From Actinomycetes bacterium (GTDB taxonomy: Bacteria; Actinomycetota; Acidimicrobiia; Acidimicrobiales; SZUA-35), in contig JAJRQY010000064.1 in NCBI GenBank assembly GCA_024280015.1, forward strand, positions 29,254 to 93,253: a DNA stretch of 64,000 bases. The letters run 5' to 3'. The notes beneath the pieces are model-generated. The model searched no databases, was not told where the DNA came from, and was given only the letters and a program-made list of their open reading frames with translations. The stretch's first letter is position 1. The number at the start of each line of letters is the position of its first letter. A program made the position numbers and the translations under genes. This document shows positions 47,394 through 55,262 of the stretch, piece after piece.

Positions 47394-47997
47394 CTTCGCC
47401 GACGATCTCATCGACAGTCAACCCACCGACTCGGGGGAGTGGCCGACCACCATCGGTTACCGCAACTGCGAGCACGATCTCATCGGCTGCTGGACCATCG
47501 GGCACCCGGAACTCCACTGCGTCAAAGTGACTGCGAACAAAGGCTGCGTTGCGGTGATGGAGCGGAATATCGAGAGTGCAGCCCGGACCACCTCGCTTCT
47601 TCGCTGAGGGGATGATGGACTTTCCCCCACCGCAGGCTTCACGAAGTGGAGCACCAAGCGCTGGATGCAAAAGGGCGGCGGCGTGCTCAAGTTCACCATT
47701 GGTACCAACAATGACCCCCTTGCCATAACTGTGAACTTCAGCACCATCTAGAAGGGCGACGGCACGCTCAGAGAGTTGCTTGGCCAACACCTTGCTCGCT
47801 TCGATGAAGGGAGTGAGGTCTTCGACGTAGCGACCGGCATAGGGGTTAGAGAGCACGGCGGCAACCACGACTCGGCGAATCGGATGTGAGAGCTCTCGGC
47901 CAACTTCAACGTGCCGGTCATCAATCGTTGCCAGGGTGCGCAGAATCCTGATGTCGTTGCTCATATTGGTGTCGCTGGCATTGGTCATGTCAGTCAT
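47380..47997 (-). CDS. Amino-acid-synthesis family protein (AA_synth/DUF1185-like)
   Basis: The blocks PIRRVVVAAVLSNPYAG, HSYGKGVIVG and GELEHAAALLHP resemble that family as I recall it. The function is unknown. Confidence 0.7.
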   Translation of the reverse strand: MTDMTNASDTNMSNDIRILRTLATIDDRHVEVGRELSHPIRRVVVAAVLSNPYAGRYVEDLTPFIEASKVLAKQLSERAVALLDGAEVHSYGKGVIVGTNGELEHAAALLHPALGAPLREACGGGKSIIPSAKKRGGPGCTLDIPLHHRNAAFVRSHFDAVEFRVPDGPAADEIVLAVAVTDGGRPLPRVGGLTVDEIVGEDGLR

Positions 47998-48059
47998 GTC
48001 GGCCTCTCCTCATTGCTGGTATGCAAGTGAACTGAACCTATCCAGTAGGACCCGACCGC

Positions 48060-48119
48060 GCAAGGTCGACTGGTGCAAGGTCGACTGGTGCAAGGTCGAC
48101 TGGTGCGAGGTTGACTATG
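48060..48119. repeat. 15-bp tandem repeat x4 in the divergent AA_synth / pncA promoter spacer
   Basis: GCAAGGTCGACTGGT occurs 3 times, followed by the degenerate copy GCGAGGTTGACTATG. Confidence 0.95.
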
Positions 48120-48207
48120 GTCATTCCCAAGTCGTGAACAGGATCACCTGTAGCAGGACATCACACCGCAAGAAATCAAGACAGCAAAGAAGTGAGCCAA
48201 CAGAGAG

Positions 48208-48795
48208 ATGGAGCCAACAACAATGAAGCGAGCCTTGATCGTGGTGGATGTGCAGAATGATTTCTGCGAAGAAGGCTCGCTCGCTGTTGTTGGCGGAGGA
48301 GCGGTGGCCGGGCGGATCTCGGCCTACCTGCGAGACAGTGCGGCTGACTACTCAGCCATTGTTGCTACCCGAGATTGGCACATTGACCCCGGCGAACATT
48401 TTGCCGATGAACCCGACTTTGTCGACACCTGGCCCAGTCATTGTGTGGCCGACAGTTCCGGAGCCGACTTCCATCCCAACGTCGATGAGCATGTTGTGTT
48501 CTCCGAAGTGATCGATCTGATTGTGTCCAAAGGACAATACGCCGCCGCCTATAGCGGGTTTGAGGGAACGGCACCCGACGGTGGATCACTCAATGGCTAT
48601 CTGCAAGCCCGAGGAATCACGGCTCTCGATGTCGTTGGCCTCGCCACTGACTACTGCGACCGAGCAACGGCAATGGACGCCAAGAAACTTGGCTACGACG
48701 TTCGCTTGTTGACCGACATGTGCGCCGGTGTCGCACCGGAGACGACCACTCAAGCATTGACTGACATGACCGAAGCTGGCATCGAGATCGCCTAG
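48208..48795 (+). CDS. pncA: Nicotinamidase/pyrazinamidase (isochorismatase family)
   Basis: Family blocks are ALIVVDVQNDFCEEGSLAV, TRDWHIDPGEHF, WPSHCV and GLATDYCD (catalytic Cys). Confidence 0.85.
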   Translation: MEPTTMKRALIVVDVQNDFCEEGSLAVVGGGAVAGRISAYLRDSAADYSAIVATRDWHIDPGEHFADEPDFVDTWPSHCVADSSGADFHPNVDEHVVFSEVIDLIVSKGQYAAAYSGFEGTAPDGGSLNGYLQARGITALDVVGLATDYCDRATAMDAKKLGYDVRLLTDMCAGVAPETTTQALTDMTEAGIEIA

Positions 48796-48806
48796 CACTG
48801 CGGTTG

Positions 48807-50489
48807 TCATGGGGCACCGGGATTCTCGGGTTCGCATTGGATCGATGCTTGCGTCTCGCACTGTTCTCCTTGGCCACGGATCCCGCGACCACCTGAATTC
48901 ACATTGACTGGGGGTGGGTCATCTGTTGCCTCGTCTTCTGGAGAACCCTGGTTGGGCTGTTGACGATCAGGATGGGCCTCATTGCGAGTGAAATGAACCG
49001 ACCAGGGATCGTACGATTCACCCAGTGGGTGGGTGTAGGTCCCTTCGGGTGGAGCATCAGGAACGGGATGTGCCCTCTGGATATCGCGGCCACCCTTGGC
49101 AATGAAACGCAGACCATCGCCACTGGAAGTCTGTAGCCCGAACGGTGTCTCCGGATTGCCCACAATGGAAAAAGCGTGGCGGTGATGCTCACGATGATGC
49201 CGGCGACACAAGGTCACCAGATTGTCGGTGTCGGTGAGGCCGCCCTTGACCCAATGCTTCATGTGATGAACGTCCAGCCAGCGCTGGGCTGCGCATCCGG
49301 GAAAGCGACAGCCATTGTCTCGGTTGAGGATGATCTCCCTCAGCCACGAAGGCACTGCCGCTTGTGTCAAACCTAAGGACACAGGCTTGCCAAACTTCGT
49401 CAACAGCAGCTGGACTGAACTCTCACACGACAGCAGGTCCATAACGTCGGTGGTGAGCACTGGGCCGAGATGCAAGTTGGGGCGCAAGCCCTGAGCCCAT
49501 GACGAAAGTTCGCTGGCCTCCAAATGGATGAGCACTCGGTTGTCGGCGCCACGAGAACCAGATGGGTCGGCCTCGACTCCGGCGCGAATCATGGTGAGGA
49601 ACGAGTCAAACCCGCTGACGTCAGTTTCACCGGTGTCGGCCTTCAATCGAGCACGCGCCTGATCGAGTGCAGCGACAATCTCGGCTCCGTCATCGGCACC
49701 ACAACGCATCCACATCCGGAAGTTCCCATCATCATCAAAGCCGTAGCCAAACCCGCGGTAGGGCTTGTCCAACTCTTCTTGGACGAAACCATCAGGCATG
49801 TCTGAGGGGCAGCAGTTGTCAGGAAGCGAGTCGGGAAGGGACAAGCCATCGGATCCATCTGCGTGGTCAGGATTGTTGGAGGAATCCGAAGAGGGCTCAG
49901 CACCGGGATCGCTAGTCGAATCGTCATCGGAGTTGTCCGAAGGATCGGGATCGGGATCGGGATCGGGATCGGGATCAAGGAAGCAATAGTCACGCATGAT
50001 GCGGCGAAGTTGCGGGATCGTGGCATGGACGGCGAGGGCGGAAACCGTCTGGTCATAGTCGACCGGACAGTGGCGGGCGATAAGAGTCATTTGGTCGATA
50101 CTGAGCTGACCGTCGGAGAATCGGTCAAAGGCAAAGGGCAACTCGCAACGACGCTCGGCGATGCGAACCAGGCGACCAGAATGCTGCCGGGTAAGCCCAA
50201 GTTGCCATTCGACCCAGTGGAAAATGGAGTTGATCCCCGAGACACACCACTCGCCCGAGCCAATGACATCGGCGATCATGTTGACAACAGCGTGATCGGC
50301 CAAGTTGCGTGAGCCGGCCAAGGATGCGACCAGGTGTTCCGGAGCAACAAGCTCGTCTTCGGTGCGGCAACGCTCCCCTGGCACCTCCGAGACAGTCCGG
50401 ACATCAGCGGTCGAAGAGCTGGCCACCGTGGAGGCCGAATCAGGTGAGGACTGCTGCCCTTCCATCAGTGTATCGAACATATGTACCAT
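48807..50489 (-). CDS. DUF222 + HNH endonuclease domain protein (actinobacterial 13E12-repeat type)
   Basis: The C-terminal HNH motif is CRFPGCAAQRWLDVHHMKHWVKGGLTDTDNLVTLCRRHHREHH. The N-terminal part is DUF222-like, with a central DPDPDPDPDP low-complexity stretch. Confidence 0.85.
   Translation of the reverse strand: MVHMFDTLMEGQQSSPDSASTVASSSTADVRTVSEVPGERCRTEDELVAPEHLVASLAGSRNLADHAVVNMIADVIGSGEWCVSGINSIFHWVEWQLGLTRQHSGRLVRIAERRCELPFAFDRFSDGQLSIDQMTLIARHCPVDYDQTVSALAVHATIPQLRRIMRDYCFLDPDPDPDPDPDPSDNSDDDSTSDPGAEPSSDSSNNPDHADGSDGLSLPDSLPDNCCPSDMPDGFVQEELDKPYRGFGYGFDDDGNFRMWMRCGADDGAEIVAALDQARARLKADTGETDVSGFDSFLTMIRAGVEADPSGSRGADNRVLIHLEASELSSWAQGLRPNLHLGPVLTTDVMDLLSCESSVQLLLTKFGKPVSLGLTQAAVPSWLREIILNRDNGCRFPGCAAQRWLDVHHMKHWVKGGLTDTDNLVTLCRRHHREHHRHAFSIVGNPETPFGLQTSSGDGLRFIAKGGRDIQRAHPVPDAPPEGTYTHPLGESYDPWSVHFTRNEAHPDRQQPNQGSPEDEATDDPPPVNVNSGGRGIRGQGEQCETQASIQCEPENPGAP
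49942..49976. repeat. 6-bp microsatellite (GGATCG)x5.8 inside the HNH gene
   Basis: It encodes (DP)n on the minus strand. Confidence 0.95.
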
Positions 50490-50689
50490 AATAGAGAGTA
50501 GGTATGACAGTGAATACAGAACCGAATGACTCTACGTGTACAAGAAGGTGTCGACGGCGGTCGTAGGGCGAGCCGTAGGGTCATATGGGTTGCGAGCGTC
50601 CCCGAGACACGAACCGTCCTGAGGCAGTCGAGTAGGTACCACCGATAATCACTTGACCGCGCTGAAGAACCCAAACCACAATTGCGACC

Positions 50690-51271
50690 ATGGCCAATAT
50701 CCGACGGGCAGACATGTTCACTGAGGATGGCGAGCCATCCAATGATGACCCACGCGAGCACCGCCAAAGGCTGGGTGATGAGCGAACCACTCTGGTCGAG
50801 TCCCTTCGCTGCCTGCGCCTTACCCTGGAAATGAAGTGCGCTGACCTTGATGTGGAAGCAATGGCACGGCGGGCGGTCGCCCCGTCAACCATGTCACTCC
50901 TCGGAATCATTCGCCATCTGGCAGAAGTCGAACGCGGCACCTTCCGAGAAATGATGGCTGGCGCAGATGTGCCACGGTTGTTCTGCTCTGAAACCAACCG
51001 CGATGGCGACTTCGACGGAGCTATCGCTGACCCTCGAGTAGTTTCCGAGGCTTGGGAATTGTGGCGCGAAGAGGCCAAGTTCACCGACCGGTTCATTGCC
51101 AACGCGCCGAATCTTGACATGACCGCAGACGATGCCTTGAACCAGCATGGCAGTGGTGGTGGGGCAATGTCTCTGCGAGAAGTTCTGGTGGGATTGATTG
51201 AGGAATACGCCCGCCACCTTGGACATGTTGACATCCTTCGTGAACAGATCGATGGCCGCCTCGGTCAGTAG
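50690..51271 (+). CDS. DinB-fold / DUF664 (mycothiol-transferase-like) protein
   Basis: Family blocks are LLGIIRHLAEVERGTF and LIEEYARHLGHVDILRE. Confidence 0.8.
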   Translation: MANIRRADMFTEDGEPSNDDPREHRQRLGDERTTLVESLRCLRLTLEMKCADLDVEAMARRAVAPSTMSLLGIIRHLAEVERGTFREMMAGADVPRLFCSETNRDGDFDGAIADPRVVSEAWELWREEAKFTDRFIANAPNLDMTADDALNQHGSGGGAMSLREVLVGLIEEYARHLGHVDILREQIDGRLGQ

Positions 51272-51309
51272 CACGAGCGGCCAGCGACCCAGCAACGCGA
51301 GCGACCAGT

Positions 51310-51723
51310 TCAGGTCCAGGGACCGAGGCCAGAGATTCGATCGACGGCGATGGAGATGGTACGAACCTCGTCACCCATCTCTTGCAATGGATGCCGCTCT
51401 CCTTCACGATAGATCCCGCCTAGTCGATCCAGCAGGGCATGATCTGGACCATCAGAAACGGAGGCAGTACCGCGGACAACGAGGTGGCGTTGATAGCCGC
51501 GCTCGTTTCGTTCTTCGTCTTCGATGCTCATCACCACCTTTGGGTTCAAGCGAAGATTTCGGACCTTACGACTGGCCGTCGACGCGCCAAGAAGGATGAC
51601 GTCGCCCTCAATCAGAACCCACACCACCGACACTTGGGGTGAGCCATCCGGATTTTGCGTCCACAGATGGGCAACGGCGTTGGACCCAAGGAGGGCACGG
51701 GCAGGAGCATTGAGCTCGGTCAT
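51310..51723 (-). CDS. PPOX-class (pyridoxamine 5'-phosphate oxidase fold) probable F420-dependent enzyme
   Basis: ARALLGSNAVAHLWTQNPDGSPQVSVVWV...RKVRNLRLNPKVVMSI fits the family, in a 137-aa ORF. Confidence 0.8.
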   Translation of the reverse strand: MTELNAPARALLGSNAVAHLWTQNPDGSPQVSVVWVLIEGDVILLGASTASRKVRNLRLNPKVVMSIEDEERNERGYQRHLVVRGTASVSDGPDHALLDRLGGIYREGERHPLQEMGDEVRTISIAVDRISGLGPWT

Positions 51724-51873
51724 CGGAGTCCCCTTCCGATCAAGATGTCGAAGTCGACCAGGCGATCGACTTCAACAAACTGTTTAACACCGTTTCGTGG
51801 ATACGTCCAGGAAGAAGCAAGGATTGCTCCAAAGAAATCTTCCCACGGAAGGTCGCCAGCGGTTGCTTGGCCC

Positions 51874-53163
51874 ATGGCGGGACCTCGTATGCTCCAGCGA
51901 GTGCCAACAACCACTCCTGCTCGGGAGAAAACTCCAAGCTCCCCCAAAGCTGATCGTCACTCCTGGATTGTGCTGGCGCTAGCTACCACCACGGCCGCAC
52001 TGACTGGGCCCGGTCAAACCATCGGCGTTTCCGTCTTCATCGACCACTTCGTCAGCGACCTGAATCTAACCCGATCCCAGGTGGCTGGCGCCTACCTTGT
52101 CGGCACCTTGACGGGAGCCACTCTTCTGCCATCTGTTGGTCGCTTTATCGATCGCCGCGGTGTCCGACGATCACAGATCATTGTTGGCCTCTTGTTTGGA
52201 CTGGCGTTGGCCAACATGTCCCAAGTGAACGGCTTGGTCTGGCTGGCCTTCGGCTTTACCGGCATCCGACTCCTTGGACAAGGGTCGCTCTCACTGATCG
52301 CCACCGTCACGGTCTCTCTCCAGTTCGTTCGCAACCGAGGGACCGCTCTCGGCATCTTTTCTACCGTTGCTGGTGCACTGATGGCCATTGTTCCTGTAGC
52401 CATGTCCTTTGCCATCAGTCAATGGGGTTGGCGAGTCGCGTGGATGGTTTCCGCCGGCGTTGTACCAGCCACCGTCGTTGCCTTTGCCGCATTCGGCCTG
52501 CGAGACCTTCCCCCTGGCTCAGCCTCTTCCACGGCGAAAACCCATCTCGACAGTGATTCGACTGACCGGGCTGACGCCCTCCGCTCTCGCGGTTTCTGGG
52601 TCTTGGCTGCGGTAAGCGGCTCGTCCGGCATGCTGGGAACGGCGTTGAATTTCCACCAGATCGACCTGCTCGGAGATGCCGGACTCACTAGCACGGCGGC
52701 TGCCATCATGTTCCTCCCCCAAGTTCTCGGTTCGTCGATCGCTGGATTGAGTGTCGGCTTGATCAGTGACCGCGTCGGCACACGGTTCTTGCCTGCGGCC
52801 GGAATGGCACTACTTGTCGCCGCTCACTGGATGGCCGCAATTGTCTCACCGGGCATTGTTGTTGTCCTCTATGCCATCGTGCTCGGCGCCATGGCTGGGG
52901 CTGTCCGCACCACGGCCTCGACCCTGCTACCCCAATGGTTCGGCACCGGCCACCTCGGGTCGATCCAGGGGTCGCTGACCTTCTTCACCGTCGGCGCATC
53001 AGCCATTGGGCCCGTCGCCCTGGCACAGCTGGAACAGGGCTTTGGCTCCTATCGACCAGCCGTTCTGCTCCTGAGCATCATTCCCGCCATCGCCTTGGTC
53101 TTCTCACTGGCTGACCCAAAGCAGACTGCACACCCAAGACAGACTGCACACCCAAGATCGTGA
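51874..53163 (+). CDS. MFS transporter
   Basis: About 12 TM helices and a GRFIDRRGVRR loop motif. The start is uncertain (ATG 51874, or 51745 which overlaps the PPOX gene less plausibly). The C-terminus carries QTAHPR x2 from an 18-bp duplication at 53122..53157. Confidence 0.8.
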   Translation: MAGPRMLQRVPTTTPAREKTPSSPKADRHSWIVLALATTTAALTGPGQTIGVSVFIDHFVSDLNLTRSQVAGAYLVGTLTGATLLPSVGRFIDRRGVRRSQIIVGLLFGLALANMSQVNGLVWLAFGFTGIRLLGQGSLSLIATVTVSLQFVRNRGTALGIFSTVAGALMAIVPVAMSFAISQWGWRVAWMVSAGVVPATVVAFAAFGLRDLPPGSASSTAKTHLDSDSTDRADALRSRGFWVLAAVSGSSGMLGTALNFHQIDLLGDAGLTSTAAAIMFLPQVLGSSIAGLSVGLISDRVGTRFLPAAGMALLVAAHWMAAIVSPGIVVVLYAIVLGAMAGAVRTTASTLLPQWFGTGHLGSIQGSLTFFTVGASAIGPVALAQLEQGFGSYRPAVLLLSIIPAIALVFSLADPKQTAHPRQTAHPRS

Positions 53164-53249
53164 CCGGCAGTCATCCAAACAACTGCAGAAACTGCCGAGG
53201 AAACAGTCGTCCAATGCACTCGTTCCATACAAGCGTTCAAACCGCTGGT

Positions 53250-55262
53250 CTAGCGACGAAGTAGGCGACGTAGGACCGCCTGGCCAACAAATGTTCCGAA
53301 GCCAATAATCGCCAGGGACCCGTAGCTGGTTCCCCCCGCCTTCATCATGTCGAGCCGCCGACCTTGCTCGACGTCCTCAGACTCTGCAGACTGACCGACA
53401 GCGAGACGAGAAGCGTAGGGCCACGGAGCATTCCGTACCGGAACCGAACGCTCACGCTCGGCCGCCAAAAGGGTTTGGAGCTGAACAAAGACCGAAGAAT
53501 GGTTAGGACTGTTCCACAAATTCACCGCCTCGATCGGATCCATGGTCAGGTCATAGAGCTCCCACTGATCATCAAGGGCCTCCGTTCGATACGCCATCTT
53601 CTTCGACCCAGTATCACTGAGGTGTCGTACATGCGGCTTGGTCCAAGTTGCAGGGTCATCGAAGCACCGGACCAACTTCCACAAATGGCCAGCTTGGCCA
53701 CCAGGCTCGGTCGGATGGCCAGAGTCGACCAGACCGACAGAACCAGCTGGTCCACTGGGGCCAGCAATTCGGGCGACGATGCCTTCAAAGTTGGACCCAA
53801 CGTTTGCTGGCACTCGGATGCGGAGGGGCAGCGGAGGGTTGTCCGTCTGACCCAACCGGCGAGCAGCAGCCGAAGCGCCACTGTCACCTTCCAGAATATT
53901 GTCCCGGGTCAGCAGGTAGACCGAACGATGAAGGTCAGCCGGGTCAACGCCATCGACCACCGGCATCAGGTCGCGACCCGGCAAGGTGTGCACCTCCGAG
54001 AAACTCTTCTTCAACACGGCCGCTGTTTCCGCCTGATCAATTCCAGCTGCCGCCAACAGGGTTGGCACAATATCGACATGGGAGGTCGGCGCATCTTCAA
54101 TCACGCGGCCAGCGGTGGCCACCCCACCACGCATTCGGGCAATGGAGAACGGAACTCGGGTGGCCTCGTCATAGAGATTGAACCACTTCTGATGTAGTCC
54201 ACCGTGGGCACCAAGGAGGTCACCGTGATCGGAGGTGCGAACAAGGACCGCTTCTTGGGAACCGCCACTGGTGACCGCTCGACGAACCTGATCAATTGGG
54301 CCATCGACCTCGGCGTGTAGCCGGTAGTACAGGTCCCGGTATTCCTGGGAGCGCTTCTGATAGGCCCGCCTAATCAGAGGTGCGGGGCCATAGGCCGTTG
54401 GGTAGGAATCCCGGTACGCCGCCTGGGCCGCCGGTTTCGTGGACAGGTCCTCATCCGCGGTCGGAGCTTGAGCAATCGGCGGTGACCAAGGGCCATGCGG
54501 CTCATCGCTCGCGGATCGGTCTTCGAAGGGCAGGCCGCGCCGGGCCCAGAGTGGCCACAGCACAATGTCGTGCGGATTGACAAAGCTGGCAACCAGCAAG
54601 AATGGTTTGGCTGCAACCCTGTCTCCCGCACGTCGCCGGGCATAGCGATCCTCAAGCCAGGACACCACCCTGGCCGCAATCAACGGATCCCGACGGAATC
54701 CGCTATTGGCCAGTGGTGCACCGTGGGGCTCAGGACCAACCCAGCCGGAGAACCCGAAGGGCTCCAGAGGATTGGCTTCCAAATAGGTACCAACCGCAGC
54801 CTGGTCAACAACTCCACGAGCATCGTTGGTGGCTAGCGGCCCTCCAGTTTCCGGATTGATCAGATCGGCATGGGAGACATGCCATTTTCCGTCGTAGTGG
54901 GTGTCGTATCCAGCGGCCCGAAACCAGTTGCCCAGGGTTGGGACCTCACCTTCGGGAAGCCAGCGCAGGCGAGAGTCATCGGGCATCTTGCCCAGGCCAT
55001 CGGTCTGGGTGACCCCATGCAGATCCGGGTAGTGCCCGGTAAGGATTGTTGGCCGACTAGGTACGCAGGCCAACGAACCGGTGTAGTGGCGCTTGAAGTT
55101 TGTCGCGTTGGTGTCAAACCAGGCGGCCCCCGCCAGCGAACGACGACGCCAGTCTGCCAGTTCGCCTGACTCATAGGAAGGAGCGGCGCGTTCCTCGTCA
55201 GTCATGATGATGATCACATCAGGACGAACACTTCCGACGGCAGCTTCGTTCAATTGGGCCAC
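53250..55262 (-). CDS. Sulfatase family protein (Cys-type, no signal peptide, C-terminal hydrophobic tail)
   Basis: The N-terminus is VIIIMTDEE and the formylglycine motif is CVPSRPTILTG. GTG start 55262 overlaps the upstream rdhA-like gene by 13 nt. The C-terminal segment is SLAIIGFGTFVGQAVL. Confidence 0.85.
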   Translation of the reverse strand: MAQLNEAAVGSVRPDVIIIMTDEERAAPSYESGELADWRRRSLAGAAWFDTNATNFKRHYTGSLACVPSRPTILTGHYPDLHGVTQTDGLGKMPDDSRLRWLPEGEVPTLGNWFRAAGYDTHYDGKWHVSHADLINPETGGPLATNDARGVVDQAAVGTYLEANPLEPFGFSGWVGPEPHGAPLANSGFRRDPLIAARVVSWLEDRYARRRAGDRVAAKPFLLVASFVNPHDIVLWPLWARRGLPFEDRSASDEPHGPWSPPIAQAPTADEDLSTKPAAQAAYRDSYPTAYGPAPLIRRAYQKRSQEYRDLYYRLHAEVDGPIDQVRRAVTSGGSQEAVLVRTSDHGDLLGAHGGLHQKWFNLYDEATRVPFSIARMRGGVATAGRVIEDAPTSHVDIVPTLLAAAGIDQAETAAVLKKSFSEVHTLPGRDLMPVVDGVDPADLHRSVYLLTRDNILEGDSGASAAARRLGQTDNPPLPLRIRVPANVGSNFEGIVARIAGPSGPAGSVGLVDSGHPTEPGGQAGHLWKLVRCFDDPATWTKPHVRHLSDTGSKKMAYRTEALDDQWELYDLTMDPIEAVNLWNSPNHSSVFVQLQTLLAAERERSVPVRNAPWPYASRLAVGQSAESEDVEQGRRLDMMKAGGTSYGSLAIIGFGTFVGQAVLRRLLRR

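Noticed and set aside
48807-50689. Calling the HNH/DUF222 locus a bounded mobile element or prophage remnant
   Set aside because: I could identify no integrase, transposase, terminal inverted repeats or target duplications by eye. Only the single gene is reported.
53364-54197. 277-aa plus-strand ORF, plus 53648..54181
   Set aside because: Both lie antisense to the sulfatase gene, which has clear family motifs. Neither carries a motif of its own.
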